DNA of 64,000 nucleotides, taken from Camelus dromedarius (lineage: Eukaryota). Below are positions 41,920 through 53,843 of this stretch, one piece after another. The stretch is from positions 100,690,001 to 100,754,000 of the forward strand of contig NC_087472.1 in NCBI RefSeq assembly GCF_036321535.1, read 5' to 3'. A program made the translations under genes and the position numbers. A model generated the notes under the pieces. It ran no database searches. It had not been told where the DNA came from and saw only the letters and a list, made by a program, of their open reading frames with translations. Every line of letters begins with the position of its first letter. Position 1 is the stretch's first letter.

Positions 41920-42109
41920 CATGTATACAATGACGATAAAGATACTTAAGATGATACTAGGACGTGGGGCACAGAGCGCACAACGAATGAGGAAGTTAGT
42001 GGATAGCAAAAACAAGGAAGGGCTATCAAATGGTACCCCCAAAGGGCATAAACCTAGACTGCAGACACCACAAACTTGGCAAACATGTCTTAGGTTGTAC
42101 AGGATTAGG

Positions 42110-42750
42110 ATATTTTTAACTTTTTATTTTGAAACATTTTTTCAAACATAACAGAAAATGGTAGAAATAGTATAACTGTTAATATTTTGTTACATATGCA
42201 TTATCTTTCTCTCTCTACATATACACACATCTACACACACAGCATCAGCATCATCATCATCATCACCATCATTTCTTGTCTCCTGTATTCTAGAACAAGT
42301 CCTTAGCCTTTCTTTCTCTTTAATGACACTGAAATTTTTCAAGAGTACAGGCCACTTATTTAAAATATCCCTCAGTTTGGATCTCCTATTTCCTTGTGAT
42401 TAGATTCCAGTGATTATATTTTGTTATTATATTTTGGCAGGAATAAGTGATAGGTCTCAAGTGCATTACATCACGAGGCACAAGATGTTTATTTGTCTCA
42501 TTGCTGGTGATATGAACTTAGATCACTTGGTTAAGGTGGTATCCACCTAAAATTCACTACTGTAGATGTATTTTTTTCCCTTCAAAATTAATAAACAATT
42601 TGCAGGAACATGCTTTGAGACTATGTATATATTCTGTTCTTCAAAACATCCTTTGAAGATGTTTTGCTTAAATCAACTATTTCTATGGTGGTTGTAAAAA
42701 TAGTGATTTTTTTAACTCATTCCTTGTACATTTATTAGCATTAGGATTTT
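42110..42750 (-). mobile_element. Old L1 (L1MC-like) 3' region
   Basis: TTTTATTTTGAAA..GATCACTTGGTTAAGGTGGT pattern of an antisense L1MC 3' UTR. Confidence 0.55.
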
Positions 42751-43343
42751 AAATGCCCCCATTTAAAGCCCTCTTTTATTGAACAGGGCAATGGAACAAC
42801 ACAAAAATTACATAAAGCCATCTTATGGAAGTTTCCTTAAGAACTGTAATCCTTGGCTATACCATAGCTCAGAAAAATATGAGGCTTTATCTATATACTA
42901 CCAAAATAATAGGCTAAAGCAATAAAATCAGGAAAATAGCAGTTTACAAGTAACTGTCACCTTCCTACCATATTCATTTCTAAAAGAATCATTATCATGA
43001 AGATACCAATTTTTAAAAATTACTATTGTATAAGAAATTAACCTACATAGATGATTTATTACTGTTTTAAGTCATTAAAATATTTTCTTGTAGGAAATGT
43101 GCTCTATTCAATAATTCAATAATGACCATTAATCCCTACTAAGGAAAAAAAATTAAATGTCTTGACTACAATTCTGTTTTCTGCCTCCCTTGTTATGAAT
43201 GACTAATCTGAATGATACCGTCACATTCATTCACCCAAGGTCAAATATGATCAGCATTAAATTTTTGTCTTTTGCAGCTGCCAAAAAGATAATGCAATAT
43301 AAAGCCATAATCATATAGAAAATTGTTCTGATTATGGTAAATA

Positions 43344-43783
43344 CAGCTACACCTTGGAGATATTTCAGGTTAGGTTCCAGACCACCACAATATAATGAAT
43401 ATTGCAATAAAGAGAGTAACATGAATTTTTTTGTTTCCTAATGCACGTAAAAGTTATGTTTATACTATATTGTAGCCTATTAAGTGTACAATAGCATTAT
43501 GTCTAAAAAAATGTACATATCTTAATTAAAAAATACTTCTAAAAATGCCAAAACAATTACAAAAGTAACATGAAGGATCGCTGATCACAGATCATCGTAA
43601 CAAATATAATAAAACAAAAAGTTTACAAAATTGCGAGAATTACCAAAATGTGACACAGGGACATGAAGTGAGCAAATGCTGTTGGAAAATGGTGCCAACA
43701 GGATTGCCACAAACCTTCAATTTGTAAAAACTACAATATCTGCAAATTGCAATAAAACAGAGCGCACTAAAACAAGGCAACTG
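43344..43783 (+). mobile_element. Internally deleted Tigger1 DNA transposon
   Basis: Tigger1 5' end (GGAGATATT..GGTTCCAGACCACCACAAT) joined directly to its 3' end (GATCACAGATCA..TTGCCACAAACCTTCAATTTGTAAAA). Confidence 0.85.
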
Positions 43784-45834
43784 GGGCTGAGGGACGGCCC
43801 TTTCTTACAGTGAAGTGTAATGCGTCTGTCTGTAACAGGATTTTTTTTTTAACAATTAACAGGATCCAACTATAAAGCTGGCTTCTTTGTGAATTATCTA
43901 GGCAAGGGTGGAATCTGGTAAAAAGCATTTAAATAAGCAAGTAAGACTTCAGATCCTTTCAGTAGTACTTTTTACCTTCTAAAGGCTCGTGATTCTAGAG
44001 TGCATATCTAAATATTCCATGTCAGAGTCCATAATACTTGACATTTCTAAAGCAGAGGTAGACTAATCAAACAGCAAAAAGAGGAAAAGATGAAAATGAA
44101 TTTAATTGGTATAAAGAGCAAAAAGGTTGTTTGGCTTTTTGTTTGCCAGTTTCATGCAAGGAATAAATGTGTCTGTAGTATCAATCCTATATAAACCTCA
44201 AGCCAACACAATATCATATTAAAAAGTAAGTAATTAACTAAAAATTGTTATTGAGAGGGATCATAATTTCAGATAAAGAAAGGAGTACTTACGTACTTTA
44301 TGAAGAAAAGTACTTGTTTAAAATGATTCCCAATTGATGCCAACAAACCAGGGATTCTAGTATACAATGCAGGCTGAAAATAAAGATTTGGTTGTTTTGA
44401 CATATTGATGATATTGAAAGCCATGGGAGTCAAGTCACGCAAGCAAGGAGAGCATTATTGTGACAAAATAAGAGGGCGAAGAGAAACCCAGAGGAATCCC
44501 AATATTTAAAAGCTGGGAGAAAATGGAGCCCTCATAAACAGTTGAGAGACATAAAAGGAAAACCAGGAGAATATGCTATCACTGAAGCTAAGGGTCATGA
44601 TTCTTTTAAGACAAGAATGTGCAGGAGAGCCAGGTACTGCCAGGGAGTCAAGCAAAATAAATACTGAAAATACACCGTGGGATTTCAAGGTCATTCAAGA
44701 ACGTGTCTAAATCATATTCCATGGGATGAGATAAAGGAGAAGGGAGGAGACAGTGGTGTGAACGCACACTTCAGGAGCAAGCTCTGAAAGGGAGGAGAGA
44801 GAGGAGAGTGACCAGAGAGAACGCGAGGGTGAGGGAAGGCTTCTATTCCAAAGGCAAAGAAAACACATTTACAAAAGGGCAATTGTGCACAACTGGGAAA
44901 TTCTGAATATGAACTATATGTCAGATAACATTACTCTATCAATGTTAAATGTTTTCAGGGTGATATAGTATTCTAGTTATGTAAGAAAATATCCCTGCTT
45001 TTAGGACTATTAATGCTAAAGAATACAGAGGTTAACATCATAATGTCTACAACTTATTTTCAAACAGAGAGGGAAATGGAGCTGGAGAGAAACAAGGGGT
45101 GGGGGGGAGAGAGAATGGTAAAGTTAGCAACTGGTGAGTCTGGGTAAAGTGTATGGGTTGTTCATTGTATTATTCTTTAATCTTCTCTGTAGGTTTACAA
45201 TTTTTAAAAATAAGAAGTTGGAGGTAAAACAAAGCAGAATGGCCAAAACCCCTCCCCAAAAAGAAAAAAGAGGAAAGCCACTTGAGCATGTTAAAATGTT
45301 ACTGGGTAACAGCCAAGGGCGTGAGCAGGAGAGGCGGGAGGGGAAAATCAATGCCCCTCACTCCTACACATGCACCTGCAGCTATAAAACACAGCCCTTT
45401 GTCCTTTGAGTGACAAGAACTTCAAAGATCATCTTATCTGATGGCCCATTTCATTGAAGAGGAAAATGAAGGAGGTCCCAGATCACAGGGATTTCTGCTA
45501 GATTCCACAGTGCCAATAAAGACTACTTCATGTCAGTTATAGCCAAGAATCTTCCAACAACAGTAACAAGAATGGCAAGGGCCTCTTTAAATTTTCTTTC
45601 AGAAAATTCTTTAAAGAACAACAAAGATTAAATGAAACAATGGGGTTCATTGTTTTTCCATGAAGGTCTCAAATTTAAATATACAGCATTGTAAAGGCCT
45701 TAACATTGGGAGTGAGGGGGGCTGGGGGTAAATGGAGGGTATCCATCAGGCAGTTGTGAATGGCTTGATTGTTGGATTTTTAAATAACTAAATTAACTAG
45801 ATGTTATTCCAAGAATTAAAGAAATATTTGGTTT

Positions 45835-46225
45835 TGTTAAAAAAGAGACAACAGGCCCAAAATGGAGTCACTTGTGCTAAGCCCCATGTCAGCAAACCAA
45901 GACAATACCTAATCTAATTATAGTTTTAGCCTCTCCTAGAAATGTAATCTTAACCAGCCAAGAATTTTCTGGCCAGCACCACTGAGGTAATCCACCTGAT
46001 AGATCCCTGCCTTTCCCTAAAGGAGGATGACCTTGCCTGAAATAATCCTTTCTTTTTGTTTATGACTTCTTGTCCTACCCCTTTCTGCCTTTAAAGACCT
46101 CTCCTTTTCTGCAGCTTTTTGGAGCTCCTTTCTATTTTCTAGATGGTATGCTGGCCCATTCATGAATTATTGAAAAAAGCCAACTAGATCTTCAAATTTA
46201 CTCAGCTGAATTTTGTTTTTTAACA
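45835..46225 (+). mobile_element. 5' LTR of provirus
   Basis: TG..CA ends with terminal inverted repeat TGTTAAAAAA/TTTTTTAACA; homologous over full length to 53453-53843. Confidence 0.92.
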
Positions 46226-46229
46226 GACT

Positions 46230-46247
46230 TGGTGGCAGCGGTGAGAC
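46230..46247 (+). promoter_or_regulatory. Primer-binding site, tRNA-Leu type
   Basis: TGGTGGCAGCGGTGAGAC, 4 nt after the 5' LTR; 16/18 match to the complement of the recalled tRNA-Leu 3' end (TGGTGGCAGCGGTGGGAT). Confidence 0.8.
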
Positions 46248-46991
46248 TGAAGGAGACTTCTGATGGTTCTGGGGACAATGAGAAACACAGCCATGGTACC
46301 CACAAATACTTCTGAGTTCTCTTTCTCATCATTTCTGAGGGCTGTGGGTAATTTCTTCTCAGTTCTGAGTTCTGCTGTCTTTGCACGAAGCTCTTGATCT
46401 AATTAGCTATCCAGTACATAATATCCCTTTTTGGAAACCAAGTCCAGTTCACAATCCTTACTTTTATTCCCCCAGCAGCCAGTGAGCGCCAAGCAGCCAC
46501 CCAGAGGTGGCTACGCTGTGCCGCTGCCCACAGTCCACATTTTGGGGTCTGCTGGTTTAGTCCTTTCCCCAGTCTCCAGTTCCAATTTGGGAATTGACAG
46601 TGGTGCACATGGGGCCTTCTCTTGTCCAGTCTGCAGTAACATCTCTTGATTACTGCTGTTATGTTGAGGTGTACGTTTGTCTGTTTTGATTCATGTAGGT
46701 AAAGGGTACTGCTAAGGGGAATCTTGGAAGCCAAAAAGAAAAAAAAAGCTGCACAAAATGGTGGGCACCAGTTGAGCACTTGAAAGCTATTATTGTGCTC
46801 GCCACTCAATTCTAAAAGATTCCCATATTAAGATAAGTTGGCCACTGAATAGGTTAGAGTGACACTAGGTTGACCACCAACCTCAACAAAATTTTCTGTG
46901 CAGTGAAGTATATTTTAAAACATCACACAATCGCCAATCCAGGAGCACATTGCTCTTAGGTATTAGTTTGGCTCTGAGAAACCCAGCGGTT

Positions 46992-47008
46992 TAGTAGTAG
47001 TAGTAGTA

Positions 47009-47066
<58 letters not shown>

Positions 47067-47073
47067 TAATAAT
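46992..47073. repeat. Compound (TAG)n(TAA)n trinucleotide repeat inside the provirus leader
   Basis: Read directly. Confidence 0.95.
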
Positions 47074-47081
47074 TTTAAAAA

Positions 47082-48560
47082 GTGGGATCCTTAAATTCTA
47101 AGGAGTTAAGTGTGCCACCTTCCGACACACTTGCTTATTTTATGTCTAAAAACTATGGTCCAGGAAGTTGTAAGTACAAAAATGACAAAATCTTATTAAA
47201 AACAACCTAGAATTAGATCAGATCATTGTTTCATATCCTGGGAACTTAGTCTGAGAACCATCAGGTTAGGGGCCCCAAAATACAGCCAATAGAAATGTGG
47301 GTTGCACCCCATTTGCAGCTAGATATGGTTGGACAGAAATGTGGGTTAAACTCCATCTGTAGCTAAGGATCCTACCAAACTGCTGCCAGCCCTCAGGGAA
47401 ATTACAGTGGCCATTAGGGATATTCCAATTAGATAAGATCATTTAAGAAGTGCACTTGAAACTGAGGTTCCCAAATCAAACAAACAGAATGGGACATCTA
47501 TTTTAATTGGTATGTAGAAGCTTCCAAAAGCTTTCATGATTCCAAAATAGCTTCATTGAAAAATTCATTGAAAAAGGCTAATGAAAAATTAAACACAAGA
47601 GGTATCTAAAACAAAAGACTATAAGCCAGAAGCAATTCCTACTACTCCCCTCTATCCTCCTTTATTTGAGTACTCATTCTAGTAATCCTCTGTCTAAATT
47701 GTCTTTCCACTCTAAAGAGACTACCAGACTATAAATGAAACCTTGCCAAGTTGGTGGCCTTACAGACACCTCCATATCTACTCTTGAACGAAGGTCCGCA
47801 TATGGACCCCTCTCAGAGTTGATGAGACTCTGAGGGACTTTCTGGGAAACTGCTACGATATTCCCTTAAACAGCTAAGGGAAACTAAAATTAAATTAATT
47901 AAAAACCTTGACAGCTGGCAGAGACCCTCTACTTTATACTCCCTTGGAGCCTGCAGATGGGAGCCTGGGAAAACTGGCAGTAAGGGTGAGAATTCTTACC
48001 AGAGTCAGCTCTCCCAGATCTCTGTCTATAGTACCCAAAAAGAGAAGAAAATAAAATAGCTTTTGCACCCTCTTTGAGGGATGCCTCTTAAGTCCAAGGG
48101 GTTGTTCAATACTGCCAGAAATATTTACTGTTTATCCCAACTGAAAACTGACTAGATATTTAAAAGGATTTCTTTTTTAAGTAGATCTGTGGTCATAAAT
48201 GAGTCAGAAATTGGAAGCTGATATTCAGAGCCTGATAGGAATGTTTTTCGTTTTTTAGGCCTCCTCCCCTAAGCCAAAATGAAACCATGTACCCAGAGGG
48301 AAAGAAAAATCTTCTAAAGCCTTTGTGAAAGGATTTACCAAAACCTTCCAAAGGCAAACAGTGCTAAGTCCTGAATATAGAAATCTTTTAATTTCCATCT
48401 TGTTTAGAAATCTTCTTCCTCATATATATACAAAAAAGAAAGCAAATTAAGAATAATGTAGTTGAATGGGTGGATCAACTTATGTCATTGAGGCTGCAAC
48501 CGAATTCTTGGAGGAACTGAGAGCAACTATCTTACAAATCTATGCAAAACTGGAAATACA
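47082..48560 (+). pseudogene. Degenerate retroviral gag remnants (MA-like and CA-like pieces)
   Basis: Interrupted frames read (V)GSLNSK, PPSDTLAYFMSKNYGPGSCKY, LQWPLGIFQLDKI, QTEWDIYFNWYVEASK, TTPLYPPL and KQIKNNVVEWVDQ; many stops and frameshifts. Confidence 0.6.
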
Positions 48561-49023
48561 GATCTAGAGGCAGTTCAAAGTCCACCTATTCCTTTTACCA
48601 ATCCCCAAAACTCCCCAATTTATCTCAAAAAGCTTGTAAGTATTGTAAAAATTCTGGCCTTAGGAAACCAAAATCCTTCTGGGAGGAACTCGCATTCTTT
48701 TTCTGTACCTTTCAGACGTAAATGCTCTACAAACTTCAGGGAGGTAATTCTTATCAGAAGGTAAAGGAAAAGTGGAAAGGTCATTTGAAACCTAGGCAAA
48801 TAAAACATCTTTTAAGGGTCTTCCCCACAAATATTATTAAGAATGCTTTAGCCATCTGAGCAGATAACTTTAACTTGTTCCATCTACCAGAAAAGAACTT
48901 AGATCCAACTTCTTTTACAACTAGTAAATTCCTGTACCTGATTCATGGCAGTAATCTTAAAACAGAAGCAATAAAGCCCCTGTTTGCAACTGTCTATTTA
49001 TGTGTGTCTATGTGTGCGTTCTA

Positions 49024-49470
49024 TGTTGAGCCCACTGACGTCCTTCAAGGTTCAATGACCCCCATTTCTGGGCTCTCAGATGGCTACCTGTGATCCCTCA
49101 ACAGACAAAGTACATTCTTTACTGGGCGTGTTTCCCCTAATATACTAAAAGCCCCAGGTAATGCCCATCTTATCAGAGTCAAACCCCACCGCCCTTCACG
49201 GACCCTAACTAAACCTCTTCCCTCACCTACAACCAACCAGAGACTTGTGTACAAGCAGATCAGGCACCTTATGATGCAATCTTATAAAAGACCCCAACAA
49301 CCGGCCCTCGGTGCTCGCACAGGCACCCCTCGCCTGTGTGGCCCGCTGTTGCCTATGACATCGCCCCTAATAAATTCCTTTCTATTCTTATACTTAATCT
49401 CTGGTAAATTCTTTTACCAACCCACATGTCACTGGCTCACTGACCGGCCGCCCCGTTGTGTCACACAACA
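49024..49470 (+). mobile_element. Solo LTR (447 bp, different family) nested inside the provirus
   Basis: TGTTG..CAACA termini, TATAAAA at 49283, AATAAA at 49369, flanks TTCTA/TTGTA (5-bp TSD, one mismatch); GC- and CpG-richer than surroundings. Confidence 0.8.
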
Positions 49471-50193
49471 TTGTAGATGTATGGTATTTTCTAGTTTCAG
49501 ACAGTACTGCCAAAATTAATTTGTAAAAGAGTTCTATTCAATTGGCTCAAAGAAATTAATCACTTAAATAAAGTAAAACAAGTAAATTGAATAGATGTAA
49601 ATGGGATAAAAGTTTTTAGGTGAACTTTTTAAATAGTTTCTCCAAATCTTCTTGGTAACCTGAAACCTTAAAGTTTTGCCAAGCTAAATTAAATGATGAA
49701 TAGTAGTTGAACATCCAGATCATTTCCAAATAAGATAAAATACCGAAATATTAATTATTGAACATAGGTTTACCCACTTTCGGCTTCCTTTTACAGAGAA
49801 ACTAAAGATATTTGGGTCTCCTAGTAAACATAGCTTCAGCCATGTGAGAAACTTACTATGAGGAAGCATATGTTTCCAAAAATTATGAAAAGTATTTATA
49901 AATTTGCCAAGCCACAGAATGCTAAAATAAAAAGAGTTCCTATTGCTTACTTCTTTGTTTTCACTAAAAATTGAGATTTTTAAGGGTTAAGAATTCTAAT
50001 ATATGTAATGAAAGATACTAAAAATAATCAGGGAAATATCTCTGTACACAAGGAAAGTAAGATGTATGGTTTTGGTAAAAGTAGGTATGAGGAATGGAAA
50101 TGCATGTTGTTGAGGGGCAAGAAAGCAATTTTTTCCTAAAATGAGGCTGGTTATTTCAGAAAGAGAAAGAGAAAAATGTAGGACAAATCTGAA

Positions 50194-50196
<3 letters not shown>

Positions 50197-50224
<28 letters not shown>
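50197..50224. repeat. Poly(A)28 run
   Basis: Read directly; no SINE or L1 body recognised upstream. Confidence 0.9.
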
Positions 50225-50227
<3 letters not shown>

Positions 50228-52091
50228 GTTAAAAGATTGCAAAAAAGAAAAAAACTCAGAAGAGAACTTTATGTGTGGTCAAGATGACTAAGATTAAAAT
50301 GAATTTAAGTAAAAAAATGATGATGAGTTTTTAATTTGGTTTTCTCTCTGTTAAAAGGACAAGTTTTATTGGATTGTTGGTCTTCTCTTATAAAGACACA
50401 GAAAAAAGTTTTTCTTTACCTTTTAAAGTAATCTGCCTAGAAAACAAAGATTCAGTATTTTGTCAAAATAATTTCTCATGTTGTTTTTAATCAGGTCTTT
50501 GATTACTTAAGAAAGCTGAATCTGCTCTATTAAAACACTGAAGGGTTTGTTTTACAACTATTTAACTTGCTGTATTTGCCTGCAAAGTCTTTCATTGTCA
50601 CTATGGTTAAATGGATAACTAAGTATTGTTTCATAGTAACATATGATCCTATTTGACCAAATGTTTTAAAACCTTTTGATAATTCTGACAAGCTTCCCAA
50701 AAATCAAATTCTAAATGAAGTCTTTTTGACCTCGAACTAACTTTGGGATTTTTCCTGAGGGCCCTTAGAACATCTCAAGAGATTTGTTCTCTCTCATTAT
50801 AAAAAAGGAGATGCTAAACTAATTAGACTTATTTGATATGTTAAATTACATAGGAAGCATCATCAAACAAGAAGTAAACTAAGCCTTTATGTTATAATTG
50901 TACGGGTATGTGTTTTAAGTGTTCCAGAAATTATATGAAATTCTTAAAGTATGATATGTCCTGGTATAATATTATCATCATAATTCCAATTGTCATTTTA
51001 CAATGTTGAGTGTCACAGAAATAATCAAATTTCCTTGTCAATTCCATTATAATAAACTCATCAGATCTTTAACAAGGGGCATTTTTTTTTAAAGTCTTCT
51101 GTCATTTACAGACAGTTAGTTTTACTCAGATGCTTTTGCAAAAGAGTTGCTGCAAAAGTGCCTCATTTTCAAGGAGATTAATGGAAAGGACTCTGGCCAA
51201 CACAAGTTTCTGATAACTTTAAGATCATAAACCTGAACTGGGTAAGAATTTCCAGAACTAATGGGAAAAAAACAGATTAAAGAATTAATAACATGGGACT
51301 GAATGAACTAAAAAAGATGATTATAATTTTTATGCCTTCTTGTTTGAGACACTGCTAGTTCTTTAACGTTTTGTTTTTCCAGATTTGAGGAATCTTTTCC
51401 TCTTAAGCTATCTATGAGTTACAACAATTTGGTAAAGTATACTTTTGTAAACAAAGATGAAACATTTGCTTTTTCTCCTTGCCTGATTCCCTCCAGAATT
51501 GGAGAACTCTTGAGTATTCTTTTTATGGCAAAATAGTTAGTTATTTACATAAGTTTAATGAGAATCCATTCTCCTTGTAACAGGACACAGTTGGAAATAT
51601 TGGCTTTATTACCAAGACTTTGACTGGCATACCGTATTTAAGAACGATGTGTATAGACTCAGATATGACCAGACAGCTTTAAAGAACTAACGTTGACTTT
51701 ATGGAGCCAATAAAGCTTCTTAGAAAAACTACCTGGTACCTTGCTTACAAGATTCCAGCAAAGCAGACTTAAAAAGAACTTATATGGTCAATCACTACTC
51801 TTGCTATACCTATATAAATAATCAGGCCAAGTTTAATGCAAATAAATTAGTTTTACTGCGATTATCTTTGATTTTTTTAAATGGGAGTAATTGTAAAGAA
51901 GAAGATTATGTTTGCCTCTTTATAGATACTAGATTCCAGTTCTATTGTGTTTGCGGTTTTGTTATGTATCTGTAAATCAGACCAGATCCTGAATTCTTCA
52001 AGTTTCCTCAAATATGTGGCTACAACTCACCAAATTAATGTTGCCAGTTTTCTCCTACCTTTCCAATTTAGAATCACTAAGAACAAAGACT

Positions 52092-52274
52092 ACTCTTGAA
52101 TCTCCTTGGAAGGAACTATACCAGGTTTTCCTCACTACCCAGATGGCAGCCAAACTTTAGCAATGTCAACTTTGGGGACACATCTCACGGCCAAAGAAGA
52201 CTCCACCTGATGCCTGGTCCTGCACAAATGTCAGAGACCTCCAAGTGAAATTGATGAAGAAGAGAAGCAGCTGA
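52092..52274 (+). pseudogene. Retroviral integrase C-terminal (GPY/F-like) remnant
   Basis: TLESPWKELYQVFLTTQMAAKL*QCQLWGHISRPKKTPPD resembles gamma-type LEPRWKGPYxVLLTTPTAxKxxGxxxWIHxSRLK. Confidence 0.7.
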
Positions 52275-52349
52275 CATCAATGTGGACTGCTTCCTCCCAA
52301 GATGCTAGATCAAGACTTCATGCTTTAATTAAACACAAAACCCTTTTTT

Positions 52350-53260
52350 CTTCATTCTTTCCTTTACTCTGGCATTGGCCAGGAAAAATAACACCATTGC
52401 CCATATCTCCCAGGTGATTGCCAAGGTGGGTAACCTTTCAGACTTTAGATTTGTCATCAACAAAAAAACTGACCTGTCCCTTTATAGTGTCACCTTGGTG
52501 AGAGTGGTCTGTGCCCTGACAGAATTTATCTTTGTCTGTAGTGATTCTCATTCTCCTTGGGCCTATGAATACCTGGTGCATAACTGGGCAATGCCTCTTA
52601 GGCTACCTAACTGTGTTCCTAACTGTCCACAGAGACAGCTCATCGGTCAACTGCCCTAAATTTGCATTATCAAGTTAGAAAGAACCTACCAAGAAGCTTT
52701 TATGATTCAAGATTCACTTTCTTTGGCAGGTCCCTATTTCCCTGGTTAGAAGAAGTAAATGTAGATGAGGCTGTGATCAGGAACCTCTCCTTAACTTAAA
52801 GATACTACAGAATTTGTTGCTAAAGCAATAGCTGCCCAGTGAAAATCCTTAGACTCTCTGGCCAAAGTTGTTCTTGATAATTGGATAATTTGATTATCTT
52901 TTAGCTTTGTAAGGAGGTGTCTGCTGTGGCCAACACCATCTGCTGCACCTGTATTAACATTTCTGGGGAAGTTGAAACTCAGCTACATAAGATCACTGAA
53001 AAGCAACTTAAAAAGGTGACTCTTTCAACAGGGTTTTTCTTTGCTGTATTTGATTTTGACTGGTTTGGGTCTTAAGGACCATGGTTTTGAAGTATACTCC
53101 AAACACTGGGAATTATCCTGCTTATCATAATAACAGTAGTCTCTTTGGTACACTGTATTCTCTCAAAAGCTTTAAATGTGTGATTGCAGCCACTCACCAC
53201 CAAGCAGATGATCTCCCTAACACTAGAACATCAGAAAAGGAATATAGAAAATGACTGACT
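52350..53260 (+). pseudogene. Degenerate gamma-type env remnant (partial SU, TM)
   Basis: FFGRSLFPWL..IRNLSLT*, AKAIAAQ*KSLDSLAKVVLDN, DYLLA..GGVC (ISD-like), VANTICCTCINISGEVE (CX6CC-like) and LGIILLIIITVVSLVHCIL (TM anchor); stops and frameshifts. Confidence 0.8.
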
Positions 53261-53452
53261 TAAAAACTGTGAAACTCAAGTTGTGGCCAGTGCATATCAC
53301 AAAGATTAAGCAAATAACATCATGACCTGTGAACAGCACACAAATGACCAATGAAAACTGCAAGAACTCAAGAGCAGTAGCTGGGAGTGGCACTAATGCC
53401 TTACATTTTTATCATATATCTCAGGCTGACAGTCTGATGAAAAGGGAGGAAT

Positions 53453-53843
53453 TGTTAAAAAAGAGACAACAGGCCCAAAAAGGAGCCACTTGTGCTAAGC
53501 CCCATGTCAACAAACCAAGACAATACCTAATCTAACTGTAGTTTCATCCTCTCCCAGGAATGTAATCTTAACTAGTCTGGAATTTCCTGGCCAGCACTAG
53601 TGAAGCAATCCAGATAGACAGACCCCAGTCTTCCCTCAAGGGAACATGACCTTGCCTGAAATAATCCTTTCTGTTTATGACTTCATTGTCCCACTCCCTT
53701 TTTGCCTTTAAAAACCTCTCCTTTTCTGCAGCTTTTTTGGAGCTCCTTTCTATTTTCTAGATGGAATGCTGCCTGATTCGTGAATCATTCAATAAAGCCA
53801 ATTAGATCTTCAAACTTGCTATGTTGAATTTTGTTTTTTAACA
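53453..53843 (+). mobile_element. 3' LTR of provirus
   Basis: Preceded by polypurine tract AAAAGGGAGGAA (53440-53451); AATAAA at 53791; homologous to the 5' LTR. Confidence 0.92.

Larger units (their letters stand above)
45835..53843 (+). mobile_element. Decayed class I (ERV1, MER4-group-like) non-autonomous provirus, antisense in PPEF1 intron 1
   Basis: Two 391-bp direct LTRs (TGTTAA..TTAACA), PBS, polypurine tract, gag, integrase-tail and env relics. Flanks GTTT/GATT form a 4-bp TSD with one mismatch. Confidence 0.9.

Noticed and set aside
52350..53260. env relic as a possible co-opted syncytin-like gene
   Set aside because: Multiple stops and frameshifts through the ISD and CX6CC region; SU is largely deleted; no long ORF.
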